Origin: Trichodesmium erythraeum IMS101
GTDB lineage: Bacteria; Cyanobacteriota; Cyanobacteriia; Cyanobacteriales; Microcoleaceae
NCBI RefSeq assembly: GCF_000014265.1
Contig: NC_008312.1
Coordinates: 2,070,001-2,102,000 of the forward strand
Direction of reading: 5' to 3'
DNA length: 32,000 nt
Shown here: one piece after another, positions 27,863-32,000 of the stretch
Numbering within the stretch: position 1 is the first letter of the stretch
How the letters are laid out: every line of letters begins with the position of its first letter
Position numbers and translations under genes: made by a program
The notes under the pieces: model-generated
The model's database searches: none
What the model was told of the DNA's origin: nothing
Seen by the model: only the letters and a program-made list of their open reading frames with translations

Positions 27863-28603
27863 TTAAATCCTTTTTAAAATAGAATTCCAATTTTTTGAAG
27901 CATTATAACCGTAAATATCTTGATAGTAAGCATCGATTAAGTACTCATCTTGATGCTTCATTAACCAGCTTCTCAATTCATCAAGCTTGCGCCCTCCTCG
28001 CTGAATTAATTCCTGGTCTTCCCAATCATACCATACTTCCCACATGAACTTATTGGTGTCTTCGATAATCAGGTAATCTCCAGTTTGCAGACCATTGTGA
28101 TGAAAATGCTTAAGAATACCAACTAGATTATCATGAACATCCTCTATAATTAACCAAGGATGAGGCAGTGAGACAAGCAACCCTGTGGGTAAAACAGCAT
28201 TAATTTCTCGACAATCACCTTCTAAAAAATTAATCCTAGAGTCTGTTTTAGCTTTTTCATCAAGTTGAGAAAGGTCATTATCAACACAGTAAACCTCACC
28301 TTCAATACCAAATAATTCTAAGTGATCTGCTAACCAAATTGCACTTCCCCCTTTGAGCGCACCCAGTTCAATAATTGTCTTCGGTTGTAACTCCCGCAGC
28401 AGCATCGGATAAGCTGCTATTTGCATAGGGTCTTTCTCCAAAAGCACCCCTTTCCAAGTCTGTAAATAAGCATTGTTTGTCAGAGGTCTCCAAGCCGACT
28501 TGGGAATATCACATCTATCTTCTCGATCGGAGATTTTAACGAACCTTTTATTATCCAAGGTTTCTTGCTCAGATCGAGTGGATTGGTCAATTTTAGTATT
28601 CAT
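27863..28603 (-). CDS. CmcI / cephalosporin hydroxylase-family (rhamnosyl O-methyltransferase-like) SAM-dependent methyltransferase, 246 aa
   Basis: The block TWKGVLLEKDPMQIAAYPMLLRELQPKTIIELGALKGGSAIWLADHL matches the hallmark W-x-G...KDP...IIE-x-G-x3-GGS of the CmcI family. Its ATG overlaps the upstream stop (TAATG at 28601-28605). Confidence 0.75.
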   Translation of the reverse strand: MNTKIDQSTRSEQETLDNKRFVKISDREDRCDIPKSAWRPLTNNAYLQTWKGVLLEKDPMQIAAYPMLLRELQPKTIIELGALKGGSAIWLADHLELFGIEGEVYCVDNDLSQLDEKAKTDSRINFLEGDCREINAVLPTGLLVSLPHPWLIIEDVHDNLVGILKHFHHNGLQTGDYLIIEDTNKFMWEVWYDWEDQELIQRGGRKLDELRSWLMKHQDEYLIDAYYQDIYGYNASKNWNSILKRI

Positions 28604-29235
28604 TAATATCCCTCCCTTTTAAAACCAAGAAGATACATCAACTTGGCTTCGTCATAGATCGTAAAATTTTCTTCACTGACTAATGTCCACGGTAATTTAT
28701 CTAATGCTATCTGCATTTCACGGCGATAGTCTTCCCGTATCGTCAACAAAAAAATTCCGTCCTCTCTTAAAAGACCGAATAGATTGTTTAATACCTTAAC
28801 ACCAGCATGGGCATAAGCAAAAACTCCTGCTGCAATAATAGCATCAAAAGTTACTGAATTGTTAAAAATTTGGGAATCTTCTAAATTACAGTGATGGAGA
28901 GCCTTGTAAACTTCTCTCTCTTTAGCGATCGCCAGCATTTTTTCTGACAAATCAACAGCAGTAATATTTGTATATCCTTGTTGGGCTAAAGCTTCACCCA
29001 CTAAACCCGTTCCAGCACCAGCATCCAGAATTGCGGTTTCTTTGTGAGGAAGCAGTTGGCTTAATGTTATTGCTATATTACCAGGCATAAAAAACCAATC
29101 TTTTCTGACATCTGTATCATAAGTCTTAGCCCAACCATCATACTTATTTTTTAATTCCTCAGTGCTTTGAGTATCACAAATCCCTGATAACCAAGGTCTT
29201 GCTTCTAAGAAATCTTTGGATTGTTCTTCGACCAT
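28603..29235 (-). CDS. Class I SAM-dependent methyltransferase, 210 aa
   Basis: YDGWAKTYDTD lead-in, motif I ILDAGAGTGLVGEALA, post-I AVDLSEKML, and motif II/III FDAIIAAGVF...LREDGIFLL. Confidence 0.85.
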   Translation of the reverse strand: MVEEQSKDFLEARPWLSGICDTQSTEELKNKYDGWAKTYDTDVRKDWFFMPGNIAITLSQLLPHKETAILDAGAGTGLVGEALAQQGYTNITAVDLSEKMLAIAKEREVYKALHHCNLEDSQIFNNSVTFDAIIAAGVFAYAHAGVKVLNNLFGLLREDGIFLLTIREDYRREMQIALDKLPWTLVSEENFTIYDEAKLMYLLGFKREGY

Positions 29236-29241
29236 TTTTAA

Positions 29242-30564
29242 TTACGCACCTACTACTTCAACAACAGTATCAGGAGATAAACGTTCTATGTGCCAATTAG
29301 TTACTTCTTCTCCTGGTATCAAAATCGGACTCCCTGGGGGAACTTTCTTAATCCAACAACTACTAATTTTACCTAATACTTCCCCAATGGGTAACTTTTC
29401 TTTCCGGCAAAAGAAAGCATCTTTAGGTAAAGTATTTATTTGAGGGCGACGGGAAAAGTAACTGTCAGGTACAATCTGTTTTATGGGTTTTTCCCTCAAA
29501 ATTGCTACAACTTTAGCCAGAGTTTCCCGCATAAATTGGAAATCCTGTGGATTGTGATGAAAAGAGAAAATTAATAATAATCCCTCCTCTCCTGCAAATT
29601 CCCCATCTATGCCATATTCATACAAAAATTCTGCTAACTCTTCCCCTGTCATGCGATCGCTCTTTAAATAAATTTTCAGAGGATCGGTAACTTGAGGATC
29701 GTAAGTTAAAACCTGACCATAACTATCTAACTGACTACGCAGGAGGTCGCACTCTTGAATAGCTTTGTCAAATAAAGCCTTGCCTGATTCAGAATACCCC
29801 CTTTTAATAGCATCTTCAAGACTCAGCATCAACAAATTACTGCGGGTAGTAGTTTCAAACAAAGGTAAAACCCCCATCACTTGTTCGGTGCTAAACTGGG
29901 AAGATTTAGGTAAATGTAACAAACCAGTTTGTACTAAACTTCCGGCATATTTGTGCATACTATGGGAAACTATATCTGCACCAACACTAATTGCCGATTG
30001 CCATTGTTCGTCAAGAAAGGGAAAATGACTACCGTGAGCTTCATCTACTGCTAGAGCTATCCCATGCTTCTGACAATAATTAGCGATGGTGGCAAGCTCG
30101 ATAGTTACCCCTTCATAACTTGGATGAGTTAGTAACAGTGCTGATACGCCACTCGTTTCTAAAGCCGTAATTACCTCATCAGTAGTAGGCATCAGCGACT
30201 CAGAATCAATAAAATAAGGCTCTAATCCTGCTAAGATGATGCCGTTTATAGTGGAAATATGACTATTGAGGGCGATCGCCACTTTTTTATACTGAGTACC
30301 TAGTAAAGCACAAGTGGTTAAAACTCCTTGACTACCTCCTGCTGTGAGCCAGAAAGTATGTTTTGTACCATACAGCTTAGAGAAATGCTTCTCTATATTT
30401 TCAGTACGAGGACGAGTCAGAAATGGTGCATCATATTGGTAAATTTCTGCACTCAGACGATGACCATTACTTTTAATACCTTGATGAGCAGGAGTATAGA
30501 GGCTAATCTGAATATCCTGATTGTGGGATGCAATCAGCTTATAGGTAGAAGATACTTGATTCAT
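29242..30564 (-). CDS. PLP-dependent Orn/Lys/Arg decarboxylase family (fold type I) enzyme, 440 aa
   Basis: S-x-H-K PLP-lysine motif (VSHSMHKYAGSL), DEAHGSHF upstream of it, and a C-terminal domain ending ...KKVPPGSPILIPGEEV, typical of this family. The tracked ORF begins TTG-ATG; ATG at 30564 is preferred. Confidence 0.85.
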   Translation of the reverse strand: MNQVSSTYKLIASHNQDIQISLYTPAHQGIKSNGHRLSAEIYQYDAPFLTRPRTENIEKHFSKLYGTKHTFWLTAGGSQGVLTTCALLGTQYKKVAIALNSHISTINGIILAGLEPYFIDSESLMPTTDEVITALETSGVSALLLTHPSYEGVTIELATIANYCQKHGIALAVDEAHGSHFPFLDEQWQSAISVGADIVSHSMHKYAGSLVQTGLLHLPKSSQFSTEQVMGVLPLFETTTRSNLLMLSLEDAIKRGYSESGKALFDKAIQECDLLRSQLDSYGQVLTYDPQVTDPLKIYLKSDRMTGEELAEFLYEYGIDGEFAGEEGLLLIFSFHHNPQDFQFMRETLAKVVAILREKPIKQIVPDSYFSRRPQINTLPKDAFFCRKEKLPIGEVLGKISSCWIKKVPPGSPILIPGEEVTNWHIERLSPDTVVEVVGA

Positions 30565-30568
30565 CAAT

Positions 30569-31636
30569 TTACAGCAAAATTGGCTTAAGTTGTGGTATGG
30601 GGCGAATTGTACTTTCTATCGTAATCCCATTCCGTAAAGCTAACAGTAATCCTGTCGCTTCCATATAGCTATTTACACGATATATTTTATGCCCCTGAGT
30701 TTCAATTTGTAATTTTTCAGGAGTAATATCGTAATTCGTAGTATTATCTTTCACTAAGATTATAGGAACCCCTTGGTCTAAAGACGCTAAGAAAGGTATA
30801 TTTCCTACAGTTGTTTCTGGCATTACCACTGCGGAAATATTTTCAACAGATATCCTAGTTTCACCTGCTGCTAAAGGAGTATCAAATTTTACCGGGCGAG
30901 GAGAATTGATTAAACCATTTAGAGGAGAACAAACATAAGCACTGGAAATTAATTCGGCTCCATCCCTAGGATCTACTAATTTACCAAATCCTGTATGTTC
31001 CCACTCCAATAACAAGGGAGCATGGGCAGCAGTAAAAGGATAGAAATTAGTAGTCATGTGGGTCAGAATTGCTTCTGCACCACCCCAGGGATTGGCAATA
31101 GATTCTCCTCGGTATTAAGCTTGACGTACTTTGTCATCTACTTGCAAAGTGGTCATTAAAGCTACTGCCCTAACATCAGATTTTTCCACTACATCCAAAG
31201 CCTTCATCAACTCGTCCATCCCTTTAAATTCCCCGGAAGCATTTCCATACTGGGAATAGGTACATTCAGTTTCAACAGGACCACCTGTTACCACTACAGG
31301 GTCAATATTAATACCTCCTACAGCACGCAAGCCATTGAGAGCATTCAGAACATTATTTAAAAATCTTTCATCTTTGGGCTTTTCGATAATTGCTGCAATA
31401 TTTTTGCGCTTTTCTGGAATTACCCCAATATTGCCCAGGAGCAACTGACAGATTAAATTACCTTCTAGGTACAGAACATTATCCTGAGCGAAATAGATAT
31501 CTGATGCTGTAACTGCATTGGGATTAGTGATTAGATAGTCACAAGCAGTTGCTAAAAGATTAGTACTAGGAGTAGCATCTCCGGCAAAACCTCCTATTTC
31601 AGCTCTTACTCCTGTAGGAATAATACTAACTGCCAC
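30569..31636 (-). pseudogene. DUF3326-like conserved protein gene (would be 355 aa) interrupted by one in-frame TAA
   Basis: The two tracked ORFs (31115..31636 and 30569..31057) share one reading frame (1068 nt = 356 codons). The only interruption is TAA at 31115-31117. The 19 codons between the ORFs read YRGESIANPWGGAEAILTH, which looks protein-like. The N-terminus VAVSIIPTGVRAEIGGFAGDA resembles the family I remember as DUF3326; that assignment is from memory and is not verified. The start is GTG at 31636. Confidence 0.55.
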
Positions 31637-32000
31637 AAAAGGTTGGTTAGAAACCCGTTGACGAATATTAATGTCTAGTAATGATGGCTAAACCGGCTTT
31701 CTCTCAGTATCAATGAAACTTGATTCAAAAGTGAGAGTATCATCTTCAACTTTCGTTAAAATCAAGCGAATAGGAATACTAGGCAAGGCAAGGGCTCTAA
31801 TTTTCTGGGGAATTTTCTGGGAAATTTTTCTCCATGTGCGCTGTTCTGGAGGGCATTGAATGTCAAAGTTTTTGGTATATATTTGAGGTATGAAAAACTA
31901 TTTAGATATATATTTCTTAAGTACATTAATTTAAATTCCTTATTTTTGTATACTTCTTAAAGTTAGATTTATATTTAAGTAGGTAGGCAAAAATAGTTGT

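Noticed and set aside
27858-27890. A longer cupin ORF start (TTG at 27890, MEFYFKKDLNK...) overlapping the CmcI-type gene
   Set aside because: It is a non-ATG start overlapping the upstream gene by 28 nt. ATG-ATG at 27857/27854 sits 5 nt after the upstream stop and gives a normal cupin N-terminus.
29216-30588. + strand ORFs 29216..29443, 29765..30028 and 30328..30588
   Set aside because: They are antisense to the PLP decarboxylase gene, which has clear family motifs on the - strand.
1-32000. Search for tRNA, rRNA, tmRNA, RNase P, group II intron domain V, and transposase, integrase or reverse-transcriptase genes
   Set aside because: I saw no T-loop (GGTTCRANNCC) in cloverleaf context, no rRNA-like conserved blocks, no intron 5-prime GUGYG plus domain V pair, and no ORF with mobile-element enzyme motifs. 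A by-eye search cannot exclude small or degenerate elements.

Overview
This is a low-GC cyanobacterial chromosome segment. It carries 11 perfect HIP1 palindromes (GCGATCGC), and about a quarter of the window is ORF-free spacer. Together with an RTX gene this suggests a filamentous marine cyanobacterium of the Trichodesmium type (inference only).

Layout:
(i) 1-3.5 kb is mostly ORF-free, with one + strand hypothetical gene.
(ii) 3.5-22.5 kb lies entirely on the - strand and is a cell-surface glycan locus. It encodes an RTX calcium-binding repeat protein, a GT4 glycosyltransferase, a methyltransferase and a sulfotransferase. It also encodes a 1991-aa fusion protein (sulfotransferase, then a ~380-aa repeat-built coiled coil, basic helix, two duplicated ~100-aa modules, GT2, GT2, GT4), an 854-aa double methyltransferase, and the Wzt/Wzm ABC exporter. 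Wzt carries a C-terminal cap-binding-type domain.
(iii) 22.7-25.4 kb holds a small conserved hypothetical gene divergent from ruvB, followed by a duplicated ruvB 3-prime end and decayed sequence.
(iv) 25.4-31.6 kb holds an FAD amine oxidase (+) convergent with a tightly packed five-gene - strand operon: DUF3326-like, PLP Orn/Lys/Arg-type decarboxylase, class I methyltransferase, CmcI-type methyltransferase and a small cupin. The first gene carries an in-frame TAA and the last a 16-bp tandem-duplication frameshift.

The most interesting candidate is the fusion protein beside Wzm/Wzt. It resembles a WbbB/WbdD-style molecular-ruler glycan assembly system with a sulfotransferase in the terminator position. 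Its ruler is encoded by near-identical 84-bp and 21-bp tandem repeats that could change length by recombination.

No tRNA, rRNA, CRISPR array, transposase or integrase was seen.
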